A stretch of 63,882 bases of DNA, filler included, from Vicugna vicugna (GCA_013265495.1; 76 parts of 74 records of this genome joined end to end with filler, not necessarily neighbours in it); one strand, 5' to 3'. Positions 35,783-48,704 are shown, counted from the first letter of the whole stretch. Numbers and translations are program-made. Notes: generated by a model from the letters alone, not told the origin.

Positions 35783-36163
35783 TGTGAAGAAAAAGCCCAG
35801 CTGGGCTAACAAGCTAAGTGACAAATCTAAGTGTGATAAGTGTCGGTTTACTGATCTAAGTTTTGCTGGGCTACCTGGTAAACCTGAAGTTTAGTGTCAG
35901 TTTACTGGGTTAACAAGCTNNNNNNNNNNNNNNNNNNNNNNNNNNNNNNNNNNNNNNNNNNNNNNNNNNNNNNNNNNNNNNNNNNNNNNNNNNNNNNNNN
36001 NNNNNNNNNNNNNNNNNNNNNNNNNNNNNNNNNNNNNNNNNNNNNNNNNNNNNNNNNNNNNTCATGTGCAGGGAGGTGCTCAGAGCTTCGGAACAGAAGC
36101 TCCTCTGAGCCGGCCAGTGTAATAAATCTCAGTACTCCCACCCTCTGAGTGGTGCCTGTTTCT
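35783..36163 (+). mobile_element. ERV LTR (same family as 17282-17730)
   Basis: Starts TGTGAAG. Shares GGTGCTCAGAGCTTCGGA.CAGAAGC.CCTCTGAGCC...GTGTAATAAATCT.AGTACTCC and the U3 repeats with the other copy. Confidence 0.8.
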
Positions 36164-36883
36164 NNNNNNNNNNNNNNNNNNNNNNNNNNNNNNNNNNNNN
36201 NNNNNNNTTAATTAATTAANNNNNNNNNNNNNNNNNNNNNNNNNNNNNNNNNNNNNNNNNNNNTTGATCAATAATTGGGACAACAGACCAATTAATCAAG
36301 TTAAAAACCAAGAAGGGCCTAAGCTCTTTGTCTAAAACCTGGGCATCCTAGAGACGTCTATAAAATCATATACAATGCACAAAAAAAAAAAAGACCGTAN
36401 NNNNNNNNNNNNNNNNNNNNNNNNNNNNNNNNNNNNNNNNNNNNNNNNNNNNNNNNNNNNNNNNNNNNNNNNNNNNNNNNNNNNNNNNNNNNNNNNNNNN
36501 NNNNNNNNNNNNNNNNNNNNNNNNNNNNNNNNNNNNNNNTGGGATAGATATGTTTCAGTGGAAAAACGCTTCCCCTTCTTGGTATTATAAGGCTGGGCAC
36601 ATATCTGTCCCTCTGAAAATATTAATTGAACTAATTAAAGGAAACCAATATTGATACATGAGCCGTCCAATATAACGTAAATATAAAAACTAACATTGAG
36701 TGGCTAATAAAAAAATATAATTAGAGTTTTACCCTGAAATTAACTTATAACACAAGGAAAAGAGACCTTACTAAATGCCTAATNNNNNNNNNNNNNNNNN
36801 NNNNNNNNNNNNNNNNNNNNNNNNNNNTTAATTAATTAANNNNNNNNNNNNNNNNNNNNNNNNNNNNNNNNNNNNNNNNNNNN

Positions 36884-37511
36884 CACAGGTGTTCCCTGTT
36901 CGGGGAAGTCCTAGAAATAAATTCCCTGGTATTGAGGAGGCAGCCTCTGTCACTGTGATATCCTGCAAACCTCCCTAGCATTCCCTGGCACAGAGACATT
37001 AGGAAAAAATTCAGGGGAGACGAGCTTAGGCATTCCGTTAGAACCCACGCGCTGCCGACCGTTGGTGGAACCTCCCCACGCTCAGTATTCNNNNNNNNNN
37101 NNNNNNNNNNNNNNNNNNNNNNNNNNNNNNNNNNNNNNNNNNNNNNNNNNNNNNNNNNNNNNNNNNNNNNNNNNNNNNNNNNNNNNNNNNNNNNNNNNNN
37201 NNNNNNGGCAGCCTCTGTCACTGGGATATCCTGCAAACCCCCCTAGCATTCCCTGGCACAGAGACATTAGGAAAACCCTCAGGGGAGACGAGCTTTGGCT
37301 TTCCGTTAGAACCAATGCGCTGCCGACCGTTGGTGGAACCTATCCACGCTCATGATTCCGGAACTATTGTCAGTGCGTGGGGGAGCTGGAGAGACAACTC
37401 CACGCAGCTCTCTTCAGTCACAGGTGTTCCCTGTTCGGGGAAGTCCTAGAAATACCTTCCCTGTTATTGAGGAGGCAGCCTCCGTCACTGGGATATCCTG
37501 CAAACCCCCCT
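36884..37511 (+). repeat. 267-bp satellite array (TATTGAGGAGG variant)
   Basis: Two monomers carry AAGTCCTAGAAA and TATTGAGGAGGCAG. Confidence 0.95.
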
Positions 37512-37664
37512 NNNNNNNNNNNNNNNNNNNNNNNNNNNNNNNNNNNNNNNNNNNNTTAATTAATTAANNNNNNNNNNNNNNNNNNNNNNNNNNNNNNNNN
37601 NNNNNNNNNNNAACCCCCCACCAGCATCACTGTTACTATGGCCACTGTGAGCAGCAGAATCAGG

Positions 37665-37875
37665 GCCACTTAACAAGTACTGTCTGTGTGCCTGGCATCA
37701 TGCTTTCCATGTACAATCTCACTTAATCTTTCCCCAAACCCTGATACTTAGATGATATTATTATCCCCAATTAACAGATGAGGACACTGAAACATACAGT
37801 GGTTGAGTAACTTGCCCAAGGTCACTTCTGTAATCAGTGTTGGAAGTGGAATAAAAATTCAGGTCTGTCTGGGTT
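37665..37875 (-). mobile_element. MIR SINE
   Basis: ATTATCCCCAATTAACAGATGAGGACACTGA...GAGTAACTTGCCCAAGGTCAC, the antisense MIR core. Confidence 0.85.
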
Positions 37876-38286
37876 TATATCATAAGCACTTATTCACTAA
37901 ATGATATTACCTCTATCCTTTCCCCTCCATATCTGCCTTCATACCTAGAGATTCATCAGTTTGGGAGCTTCTTCCATTGTTACTTTATCCTACAAAGAAA
38001 GCAGGTTTAGCTCGAGGGGAACTTTTGTACAATGATTTGGCTTCCTGCAACCAAGGTAGCCTCTTGCTGAGGTCAGAATCTTGATGAAGATGGGGTTAAA
38101 AATTAAAGCAAACATCCACACAAGCTTACTTATCTCATGGCCTTTCAAAGTTTTAAACCCTTATCACCTCTTAACCCTAGGAAGGCNNNNNNNNNNNNNN
38201 NNNNNNNNNNNNNNNNNNNNNNNNNNNNNNTTAATTAATTAANNNNNNNNNNNNNNNNNNNNNNNNNNNNNNNNNNNNNNNNNNNN

Positions 38287-39058
38287 AAACAGACTGAGAA
38301 ACCAGAGTAAGGGTTTCCCAGCAAACCGTTCATTTTGTGTTGCATGAACGAACGTTTCTCAACATGCTCAGTTCTGAGAGATAAGTGTGTGTGAAAGCCG
38401 TCCTTCACCTAGCTTCAATGGAACACAAAGATCTTTTCAGTTGCAAACTCCACACCAAACATTTATATGGGGAGGTACAAGCTCCAACTCGGTTTTACAG
38501 TTCAAAACGCAGGAACTTGAAACCGGTACTAGGAAAGAGTTTGAGAAACCAAAGTAAGTGTTTCTCCTGCAACCCGTTCCCTTTGTGCTGGATGAACGAA
38601 CGTATCTCCAAATGCTAAGTTCTGAGAGATAGTGTGTGTGAAAGCCATCCTTCACCTAGCTTGAAGGGAACACAAAGTTTCTTTTCAGTTGCAAACTCCA
38701 CACCATACATATATATGGGGAGGTACAATCTCCAACTCACAACTCGGTTTTACAGTGCAAACCGCAGGAACTCCCAACCGGCACTAGGAAACGCATTGAG
38801 AAACCAGAGTAAGTGTTTCTCCTCCAACACGATCCCTTTGTGCTGTATGAACGAACGTCTCTCCACATGCTCAGTTCTGAGTGATAAATGTGTGTTAAAG
38901 CCGTCCTTCACCAAACTTGAGGGGAACAAAAAGGTTCTATTAAGTTGGATACTCCAGTCCTTACATATATATGGGGAGGAATAAACTCCAACTGTGTTTT
39001 ATAGTGCAAACCTTAGGAACTACAAACCGGCAGTAGAAAACAGACTGAGAAACCACAG
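38287..39058 (+). repeat. 249-bp satellite array
   Basis: Anchors at 38473, 38721 and 38977 (periods 248 and 256, the latter with a 7-bp slippage duplication). Confidence 0.93.
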
Positions 39059-39158
39059 NNNNNNNNNNNNNNNNNNNNNNNNNNNNNNNNNNNNNNNNNN
39101 NNTTAATTAATTAANNNNNNNNNNNNNNNNNNNNNNNNNNNNNNNNNNNNNNNNNNNN

Positions 39159-39542
39159 ACTGAAACTTGTTGAAACCCAAGAAAGAATCATCTATGCGAA
39201 CTCTGGAAGTACACAGCGTCCAAAGTAGTTGGAATCCCAATAGATCTACCAGCAGCTGTATGATTCAAATCAACAAAGTTCATGAGCATCCCAGTGATTT
39301 AAAATGCACTTGGAGGAAAGCAAAAACATGGTCACAAGAGAACCTCCAGAGGGGTTTCAGCTGATATCTCGGCAGCAATACTGAAAAACAGGGAGGAGTG
39401 TCAGGTCATAGACCAATCCTGAATGGCAAAGTGCTGCCATTTCAGTAGCCTAAGCCACATGACCACCATTTCTAATAATGGCAGAGCTAGAGACTTTCAC
39501 AGACCGGCAAATCTTAAAAGAATTCAGCAGTTCGAAACTTAT
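39159..39542 (+). mobile_element. Heavily diverged L1 ORF1 C-terminal fragment
   Basis: TCAGCTGATATCTCGGCAGCAATACTG (SADFSAETL-like), AGGGAGGAGTG (RREW-like) and TTCACAGACCGGCAAATCTTAAAAGAATTCAGC (FTDKQKLKEFS-like) occur in the expected order. Confidence 0.75.
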
Positions 39543-39642
39543 NNNNNNNNNNNNNNNNNNNNNNNNNNNNNNNNNNNNNNNNNNNNTTAATTAATTAANN
39601 NNNNNNNNNNNNNNNNNNNNNNNNNNNNNNNNNNNNNNNNNN

Positions 39643-39866
39643 CTAAATACTTGAACTTTAGATATCTGGCTTTCTTTAGATAACAAGTAATCCTTTATTG
39701 TTCCAAGTACCTGGTCTTTGTTGTAAAACTACTATTTATCTTAGCTCTCCCCATACCTCTTGGGAGCAGTCCCTGAGAGTGATCTGAGGGTCTGTCATCC
39801 AGGCTCGAGCCCTCCCGCCAAATAAAACATAACTATTAAATTTTAGGCTGAAAGATTATTTCAATG
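39643..39866 (+). mobile_element. Probable ERV1-type LTR 3' half
   Basis: GAGCAGTCCCTGAGAG...TCTGAG...CCAAATAAAACATAACT...TTTTAGG resembles R/U5 of artiodactyl LTRs; recognised by eye. Confidence 0.55.
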
Positions 39867-40681
39867 AAGTCCCAGAATAGACACAACTCATCAATTCTGT
39901 AATGGAATACACTGAATCAAGAACCAAATGCGTGTTCTAGACCAGAAAAACTACGGGTCCCTCTTTCTTCCTGTCATTATATAACCCCTCCAGAACTCAT
40001 TAATTTGCTGTCTGCTCACTTGGCAACCAAACTCAGAGAAGAGTCAACTCAGAAGAGCGCCATGTTCGGGAGAACCCCCGTCGAAACCCTGCGGGCTGCC
40101 TGCCCTCCCGCACGCTCTGCCGACCCCTAGTGTCCTCCGTGGAGACCAGGCCAACAGAACTGCTCCAACAGCTGCAAAGTCCCACACATTAAATAAAAAC
40201 ATTTTATTTTATACTATATGTTACGTATATACCCATCTCTGAAAACAGCTTTGCAAGAAGCCCAAATCTTCAACATTAATCTATCAAATCCGGTCCCCAA
40301 GGGAAAACAAGTCTTAAGACGATGCTAAGGCCTCCAAAGTCCTCTCCAGGACTGTCCACAAAACTGCCTGCAGGTCTGCAGCTGCAGGCGGTTACATGTC
40401 TATATTTAAGCAACCCCTTCCTGCCCTCGGGAATTACAATGTCCCTCTACGCCCTTCCGTCTCAGGGTAAGAGCAGCCGTTGCAGAACCTTGCAGGGAAG
40501 CACTGACAGGGCTGGACAAAGAGGATCAGAGCTAAACTAATACATCTGATGACACGACCTTGTCACTGTGTCACTTTACAGNNNNNNNNNNNNNNNNNNN
40601 NNNNNNNNNNNNNNNNNNNNNNNNNTTAATTAATTAANNNNNNNNNNNNNNNNNNNNNNNNNNNNNNNNNNNNNNNNNNNN

Positions 40682-41000
40682 CTCAAATTGTTCTTTTTCA
40701 AATACGTTTTGGTTACTGAGATCCTCGAATTCCCAAATGAATTGTAGCAGCAGATAGTCAGTTTCTGCAGAGGAGCCCGCTGGGATTGTGATCGAGACCA
40801 CGTTGAATATACGAATTGCTCTGGGGAGCACTGCCATTCCAAGAGCATTGTCTTTTGATAGAGGAATGTGTGTGGAGTGTCTGTCCTTGTATTTAGGTCT
40901 TCTTAACTTTTTTTTCAACAATGCTTTGAGTTTACAGAGTACTATTTTACTTTTTTTTATCTTTGCCTTTATACTGAGGACAAGTGTGCAAGTTACTGGG
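40682..41000 (-). mobile_element. Diverged L1 ORF2 fragment
   Basis: Minus translation MAVLPRAIRIFNVVSITIP...LLLQFIWE matches L1 ORF2p MAILPKAIYRFNAIPIKIP...ILKFIW. Confidence 0.8.
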
Positions 41001-41639
41001 ATCAGAAATGTATTTGAGCCCCGCAACTTGCTGCCACCATGGATGCTGCGCTCTTGCTTCGCCCGCTGTACAATCTTGCACAGAATACGACCTCAGTAAC
41101 TCTCTCTTGAATGAATGATTATATGATTGTTGGATGATGCTTGAGAGTCNNNNNNNNNNNNNNNNNNNNNNNNNNNNNNNNNNNNNNNNNNNNNNNNNNN
41201 NNNNNNNNNNNNNNNNNNNNNNNNNNNNNNNNNNNNNNNNNNNNNNNNNNNNNNNNNNNNNNNNNNNNNNNNNNNNNNNNNNNNNNNNNNNNNNNNGGGC
41301 TGTGGAAACTTGCTAGATGTCAAGAAAGAGCAAATCCATTGTATGCTAATATTTTTAGAGTGTGTTATTGTTTTATCGATTGAAATTAAATGAGGCTCCC
41401 CCCCCCCTGAGCCCTCCCATGAGCTCTTTTCGCCTTCCTACAGCTGATACTGCTCTAATTGCTGCATGTGCCCTTTCCCCAGCTTTGCTTTTGGAATTGA
41501 ATAAGTCACCATCACTGGAGCCCTCTCTTTTAAAGATAANNNNNNNNNNNNNNNNNNNNNNNNNNNNNNNNNNNNNNNNNNNNTTAATTAATTAANNNNN
41601 NNNNNNNNNNNNNNNNNNNNNNNNNNNNNNNNNNNNNNN

Positions 41640-42083
41640 TTTTCCAATTTGGATCCCTTTTATTTTTTCTCTTGCCTGACTGCTATGGCTAGGACTTCCA
41701 GGACTCTGTTCAATAGGAGGGGTGATAGTGGGCATCCTTGTCTTGTCCCAGATTTAGGTGGGAAGCTTTTGAGTTTTTCACCATGGAGTACTATGCTGGC
41801 TGTAGGTTTGTCATATATAGCTTTTGTTATGTTGACATAAGTTCCCTCTATACCCACTTTGGCGAGAGTTTTTATCATAAATGGATGTTGAATTTTATCA
41901 AATGCTTTTTCTTCATGGATGGAGATGATCATGTGGTTTTTGTCCTTTCTCTTGTTGATGTGATGTATTACATTGATTGATTTGCATATGTTGAACCAGC
42001 CTTGTGTCCCTGGGGACCCTGGGCCCCACTGGTCATGTTGTATAATCTTTTTTATGTGTTGTTCGATTCTATTTGCTAAAATT
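41640..42083 (-). mobile_element. L1 ORF2 reverse-transcriptase fragment (disrupted)
   Basis: [23 protein letters not shown]...[35 protein letters not shown]; the frame breaks near 41660. Confidence 0.96.
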
Positions 42084-42183
42084 NNNNNNNNNNNNNNNNN
42101 NNNNNNNNNNNNNNNNNNNNNNNNNNNTTAATTAATTAANNNNNNNNNNNNNNNNNNNNNNNNNNNNNNNNNNNNNNNNNNNN

Positions 42184-42356
42184 TGCATTTCAATGTATCT
42201 CTCTGAATAAATCTACCTTTACTCAACAATGGCTAGCTCTTCAATACTTTACTGGATGAAGCCAAGGAACAGAATCTGGTGGGGCACATCCCAGGGGCTC
42301 AATCAAAGCCTGGGACACAGCCCTTCTCATGCCCCACGTTTTTTTTCTTGTATCAA
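42184..42356 (+). mobile_element. Probable ERV1-type LTR 3' end
   Basis: CTGAATAAATCTACCTTTACT...GAAGCCAAGGAAC...TTGTATCA, with a polyA signal and CA terminus. Confidence 0.55.
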
Positions 42357-42899
42357 AAGGACTGGGTTGTGAAGGGAGCTCTCAGGCCCCAGAAGCAGCC
42401 AACAGGGCTCCAATTGGCGGGCAGCCTCTCCCCCAGCAGGGGACTTGGGGTCGGCCCGGTTCTCTGTGTTTCTCTCTTATGCTGACACCCCAGCTAGAGA
42501 GCGTTCTCCTTGGCCTGTCCTCACAAAACCCTTCTATCCAAAATACAAGCATAACATGTCACAATCCTTTTGTTCAACTAGGAAATGTTCAACCCACTTT
42601 TTCCCTCCCCAGTAAAGTACCCAACTGTCCTTGCTCCCATCCCACCACTTCTTTCTTTGTGAGAATTCTGCACTCTCCNNNNNNNNNNNNNNNNNNNNNN
42701 NNNNNNNNNNNNNNNNNNNNNNTTAATTAATTAANNNNNNNNNNNNNNNNNNNNNNNNNNNNNNNNNNNNNNNNNNNNGCAAACACTGGAAGAATCTTGC
42801 AAGAAGGAACTTACCCCGCAAGAAAGATGGAGAATTTTACACCCTGATGACAAAAGAAGCAGGATGATCTAGAAATGAGAAAACCATCATTGGAAAGGC

Positions 42900-43190
42900 A
42901 ATAACGGCAAGAATTTGCAAAAGAATAAACATAAAGTTGTAAAACACAGCATCAAAATCATTAAGGATGGGAGAGGGAAGCCAGGATATAACAAAATCAT
43001 TAAGGATGGGAGAGAGAAGCCAGGATATGGAGATTTGTTTCCATTCTTTTCAGGATGTGTTTGAGATTATATAATTATCTGTTAAAAGACAGCAGAGAGA
43101 GAAATGGGTTAATGTATTTGAGAATCATGGTGACCACAGATGAAAAGCACACAAGGGACTCACAAATACCAAAGAGAAACCAAGGTAATA
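42900..43190 (+). mobile_element. L1 inter-ORF region fragment
   Basis: CATCAAAATCATTAAG...GGATGTGTTTGAG...GGGTTAATGTATTTGAGAATCATGGTGACCACAGAT...GACTCACAAATACCAAAG, with an internal ~39-bp duplication at 42953-43028. Confidence 0.6.
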
Positions 43191-43843
43191 AAAAAGGAAA
43201 TACTCAAAAGGCAGTTAAGGTGTATTTAAGACACAACGACCCAATATCACTGCTAGCAAACATTCTTCACACATGTTAATATAACAGATTATTACAAAAA
43301 AGATGCATGTATAAAAGTTCAAAACGTGAATTCATACTAACGAAAAATGTAGTAACCTAAATGTCTATTATTATAAGAAGGGATAAATAGTTTCTGATAC
43401 ACTATTACCGGCCATACATATAGAATGAATGCATGGCATATTAAGCAATATGACCAGTATGAAGGTCATATTCATATAAAGAAGATGTTGTACGCAAAAA
43501 TAGGACTGAGAGAAAACGGAGAGCCACTAACCTGTGAACTGGGATGGATTTCCTGTCTATGAAATTGAGATTTGCACATTCTTGGCTTCCAATTCACTGG
43601 ATTCATGGAATATGTGATCATCAATGTTTGTCTTCTTTCACTTAGAATGGTTTTCAAGTCCGGATATTCATTAACAAATGATTACACAAACTGGAAGAAA
43701 ATATTCAAAAAGTTTTTCTTACACATTATATATTCTCTTCGTANNNNNNNNNNNNNNNNNNNNNNNNNNNNNNNNNNNNNNNNNNNNTTAATTAATTAAN
43801 NNNNNNNNNNNNNNNNNNNNNNNNNNNNNNNNNNNNNNNNNNN

Positions 43844-44929
43844 ATTTCTTAGTTGTGAACATGCGCATGACTGATGTTTCAAACACCATACATATTACCT
43901 ATGCACTCTGAAATATTTACTTTGATTTTGTGGCTTCTTCCTATCACCAGTTTCAAGAATCACACTTTGATCTCACAAAAACCCTCTTGGAGCGAATTCT
44001 TCCCTAGAGATATGTAATTTGAATAGATTCCATCTACATGAAATTCCGTGTTCCGTACTTGCTACATACATGACGGATTCGACAAATATACATTCCTGAG
44101 TTGAGAGCATGTGGATTACTAATCTTTCATCCTCTATAAAAGGAATATTTTCATCTAGACACTTGTACACATTTTCACAAACTTCCCCTAACACCAGGTT
44201 CGAATTCGTGCATTTTTCCCAGAAAAATAGTTCTGGAGCTATTTCCACCTAACAGATATGGAATTTACATTTATTCCAACAACATGGCATTCTGGGTCCG
44301 TACATGCTACATGTATGANNNNNNNNNNNNNNNNNNNNNNNNNNNNNNNNNNNNNNNNNNNNNNNNNNNNNNNNNNNNNNNNNNNNNNNNNNNNNNNNNN
44401 NNNNNNNNNNNNNNNNNNNNNNNNNNNNNNNNNNNNNNNNNNNNNNNNNNNNNNNNNNNNNNNNNNNNNNNNNNNNNNNNNNNNNNNNNNNNNNNNNNNN
44501 NNNNNNNNNNNNNNNNNNNNNNNNNNNNNNNNNNNNNNNNNNNNNNNNNNNNNNNNNNNNNNNNNNNNNNNNNNNNNNNNNNNNNNNNNNNTTTTTCCCA
44601 GAAAAATAGTTCTGGAGCTATTTCCACCTAACAGATATGGAATTTACATTTATTCCAACAACATGGCATTCCGGGTTCCGTACATGCTACATGTATGACG
44701 GATGTGGCAATCATGAGTTTCTGACTTGTGAGCATGTGGATTACAGACCTTTCACCCTCCGAACAAGGCTTATATAGACTTAGAAATATTTACTCTGACT
44801 TCATAGGTTTTTTCTATTACCAGGTTCTAAAATCGGACATTTGGCACCAGAAAACACTCTTTGAATGAATTCTCAATAATACAGATGTAATTTACATTGT
44901 TTACTTAACCATGGCATTCCGTATTACGA
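43844..44929 (-). repeat. AT-rich ~740-bp satellite (gapped)
   Basis: Anchors at 43990 and 44236 (period 246); the third subunit follows the gap. Confidence 0.93.
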
Positions 44930-45029
44930 NNNNNNNNNNNNNNNNNNNNNNNNNNNNNNNNNNNNNNNNNNNNTTAATTAATTAANNNNNNNNNNNNNNN
45001 NNNNNNNNNNNNNNNNNNNNNNNNNNNNN

Positions 45030-45842
45030 TATAGAAAACAGAATACTGAAGATAGAATTTAGAATATAGAATGTTGAACACAGTATAAATTATATAGTAT
45101 AGGGAATGCAGAATATAGAATGTAGAATATAGAATGAACTACACCGAATATAGAATATGGAAAAGAGAAAACAGGACCCAGAATTTAAAACATGGAATGC
45201 AGAACACAGAATTTAGATTATAGAATACATAATACTGAATATAATATTTAGAATATAAAATGTAGAACACAGAATATAATGTAGAATACGGAATGCAGAA
45301 AACTGTATACAGAATATAGAATGTAGAACACAGAATACAGAATATGAAAACAGAATATAGAAACCGGAATTTAGAACATGGAATGCAGGACACAGAATTT
45401 AGAATATAGAATACAGAATAATGAATATAGAATTTAGAAAGTAGAACACAGAATATATAATATAGAATACAGAATACAGAACTCAGAATTTAGAATATAG
45501 AATACTGAATATAGAATATATAATATAGAATGTAGACACAGAAAATAGAACATAGAAAACGGAATGCAGAATGTAAAATTTAGAATATAGAATGAATAAC
45601 ACAAAATGTAGAATATAGAATACAGAATATAGAACCCAGAATTTAGAACATTGAATGCAGAACATAGTATTTAGAATATACAATATAGAATAGAGTATAT
45701 AGGATTTAGAATATAGAATGAAGAACACAGAATATGGAATTTGAGTGCGGAATTTAGAATAAAGTATAAAGAACATAGAATTTAGAACTCAGAGAAAAGA
45801 ATATGGAAAACAGAATACAGAACACAGAACTTAGAACATGGA
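45030..45842 (-). repeat. Degenerate heptamer satellite (TAGAATA)n
   Basis: Reverse complement of the TATTCTA family. Confidence 0.93.
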
Positions 45843-45942
45843 NNNNNNNNNNNNNNNNNNNNNNNNNNNNNNNNNNNNNNNNNNNNTTAATTAATTAANN
45901 NNNNNNNNNNNNNNNNNNNNNNNNNNNNNNNNNNNNNNNNNN

Positions 45943-46927
45943 TATTCTGTGTTCTACATTCTATATTCTAACTTCTATATTCAGTATCTTTTATAAAATA
46001 GTCTTAATTATGTGTTCTACATTCCATGTTTAAAGTCTGTGTTCTATATGCTCTATTCTATATACTAAATTTTTGCTATTCATTCTATATTCTACATTCT
46101 ATATTCTGCATTCCGTATTCTATAATCTATATTCTATATTCAATTCTGTGTTCTACTTTCTATATTCTAAATTCTAAATTCAGTATTCTGTATTCTATAT
46201 TCTAAATTCTGTGTTCTGCATTTCATGTTCTAAATAGTGGATTTTATATATTGTAATCTATGTTCAATATTCTGTGTTCTTCATTCTATATTCTACATTC
46301 TATATTCTGCATTCCGTATTCTATATTCTACATTCTGTGTTCTACATACTATATTCTAAATTCTATATTCAGTATTCTGTATTCTGTATTCTAAATTCAG
46401 TGTTATGCATTCCATGTTAAAATTTCTGTGTTCTATATTCTATATTTTATATTCTGTGTTCTTCATTCATATTCTAAATTCTATATTCAGTATTCGGTAT
46501 TCTATAGTCTTAAATATGTGTTCTACATTCCATGTTATATTCTGTGTTCTATATTCCCAATTCTATATACTAAATTTTGTGTTCTACATTCTATATTCTT
46601 AGTTCTGTATTCTGTTTTCCATATTCTATATTCTGTGTTCTACATTTTATATTCTGTATTCTATATTCTACATTCCGTATTCTATATTGTATATTCTGTG
46701 TTCTATGTTCTAAATTCTATATTCTGTATTCAGTATTCTGTATATTCATTATTCTGTATTCTATATTCTAAATTCTGTGTTCTGCATTCCATATACTAAA
46801 TTCTGTGTTCTATTTTCTCTCTCCTATATTCTATATTCTGTGATCTTCATTCTATATTTTAAATTTTATTTTCTGCATTCCTTTCAGTATTCTGTATACT
46901 ATATTCTAAATTCTGTGTTCTACATTC
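45943..46927 (+). repeat. Degenerate heptamer satellite (TATTCTA)n
   Basis: Phased 7-mers across the whole scaffold. Confidence 0.94.
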
Positions 46928-47282
46928 NNNNNNNNNNNNNNNNNNNNNNNNNNNNNNNNNNNNNNNNNNNNTTAATTAATTAANNNNNNNNNNNNNNNNN
47001 NNNNNNNNNNNNNNNNNNNNNNNNNNNCTGAAAACCACTTGAAAATTGAACACTGATACACCTCGCAGCCACTCTACTATGACTCATCACATCATCTGCC
47101 AAGCCTTCTAAATGTTTCCAAGCATTCTACGAGACAAAAGTGAACTACAAGAGCACCCCACTCCCCTACTTAAAATCTGTCAATGACGGTCCACTGCCCT
47201 TAGGAAAAAGCCCCACCGGGCCTGAGCACAGCCCAACGGCCCGGCATCCGCGTTCCCTGCGCGGCTGCGCCGCCTCACCCAC

Positions 47283-47495
47283 CACGCAGCCCTACACGTA
47301 CCGTGTCCAGGACAGGGATGCTGACTCTGTACAACCCAGGGCTTGACTCACTCAAACAATGATCACCCTCTTCAGTGGTCACCCTCTTACACGCAGCCCT
47401 ACACGTACCGTGTCCAGGACAGGGATGCTGACTCTGTACAACCCAGGGCTTGACTCACTCAAACAATGATCACCCTCTTCAGTGGTCACCCTCTT
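47283..47495 (+). repeat. Exact 106-bp tandem duplication
   Basis: 47283-47388 is identical to 47390-47495. Confidence 0.9.
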
Positions 47496-47597
47496 CAATG
47501 CTGACTCTCAGAAAAATGTTTTCTCAGGATGAATCAATATCTTTTTCCTTACAACTTCAAGTCATTGATAATGAGCTCCCCCAAAAGGGAGAAGACT

Positions 47598-47738
47598 TAA
47601 TCCTCAGTCTCCTTATCTGTAAAGTGTGAATAACAAGGAAATATGAGAGGTTTTAAGAGAAATAATGTTCATGTGAGGCTGAGGGACAATTCCCAACATA
47701 CAGTAAGCACTCAATATGTGCTTACTTAATATTAATAA
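47598..47738 (+). mobile_element. MIR SINE fragment
   Basis: CCTCAGTCTCCTTATCTGTAAAGTG...ACATACAGTAAGCACTCAATA. Confidence 0.7.
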
Positions 47739-47968
47739 GAATAGATTCCATTCCAGCAACCTTAAATCACTGCTTTATGTCTTTGTCCAAAAGACCACTG
47801 ACAAACTGTTGGACGAACCCCTGTGAGCAGATCAGCACAAGCGTACTGGGAGAGGTAAGCGCGGACTCNNNNNNNNNNNNNNNNNNNNNNNNNNNNNNNN
47901 NNNNNNNNNNNNTTAATTAATTAANNNNNNNNNNNNNNNNNNNNNNNNNNNNNNNNNNNNNNNNNNNN

Positions 47969-48341
47969 AGAAAGAGAAAGAAAAGTACCATATGAGATTG
48001 CTCATGCGCAGAATCTAAAAAAAATACCAAAACAAAAAACATAAATACAAAACAGAAACAGACTGATGGACATAGAATACAAACTTGTGGTTGCCAGGGG
48101 GATGGAGGGTGGGAAGGGACAGACTGGGCTTTCAAAATGTAGAATAGATAAACAAAATTACATTGTACAGCACAGGGAAATATATACAAGATCTTACATT
48201 AGCTCACAGCGAAAAAAATGTGACAAGTGACTATATATATGTTCATGTATAACTGAAAAGTTGTGCTCTTCAATGGAATTTGACACAACATTGTAAAATG
48301 ATTATAATTCAATAAAAAATGTTTAGAAAAAGAGAAAAAAA
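47969..48341 (+). mobile_element. Lineage-specific L1 3' UTR with A-rich tail
   Basis: AGAAAGAGAAAGAAAAGTACCATATGAG...ACTTGTGGTTGCCAGGGGG...GGAATTTGACACAACATTGTAAAATGATTAT...AATAAAAAATG; homologous to 62737-63124 and 63691-63850. Confidence 0.9.
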
Positions 48342-48704
48342 GCAACACTTCTGTCTATAAATTATGACTAAATCCTAGTCATCACTTTGAGAGGTATTTG
48401 GATGTGAAAAGGGCCGAGGGTTTGTTGAGCTGTTCAGCGTGTTATGTGTGCTGACTATCCATGACTCCCCTGCTGATGTGGTCAACTACGCTTTTATAGC
48501 TTAGGGTTTAGGTTATGAATTTTAGGTGTTAGGGAAAAAGCAGAAAAAAGCAGTGTGTGGCTGGGTGACTGCTGAGCAATGCTAGGAGAAAGGGTAAGAG
48601 TGAAGTAATACCTTTTTTTTCCTTCCACAACAACCCAGAAAAGCCTGAATCATAGCTGGTATAACTTCCAGTGGACTTTCAGACTATGTGTTTGCGTATC
48701 TGCT

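Noticed and set aside
41640..42083. Functional reverse transcriptase or a novel RT system
   Set aside because: It is an ordinary L1 ORF2 fragment with a frame disruption and an altered conserved motif (IHEEKAFD for IDAEKAFD).
45139..46983. Hydrophobic Y/I/L/F/S-rich ORFs resembling membrane proteins
   Set aside because: These are translations of the (TATTCTA)n satellite.
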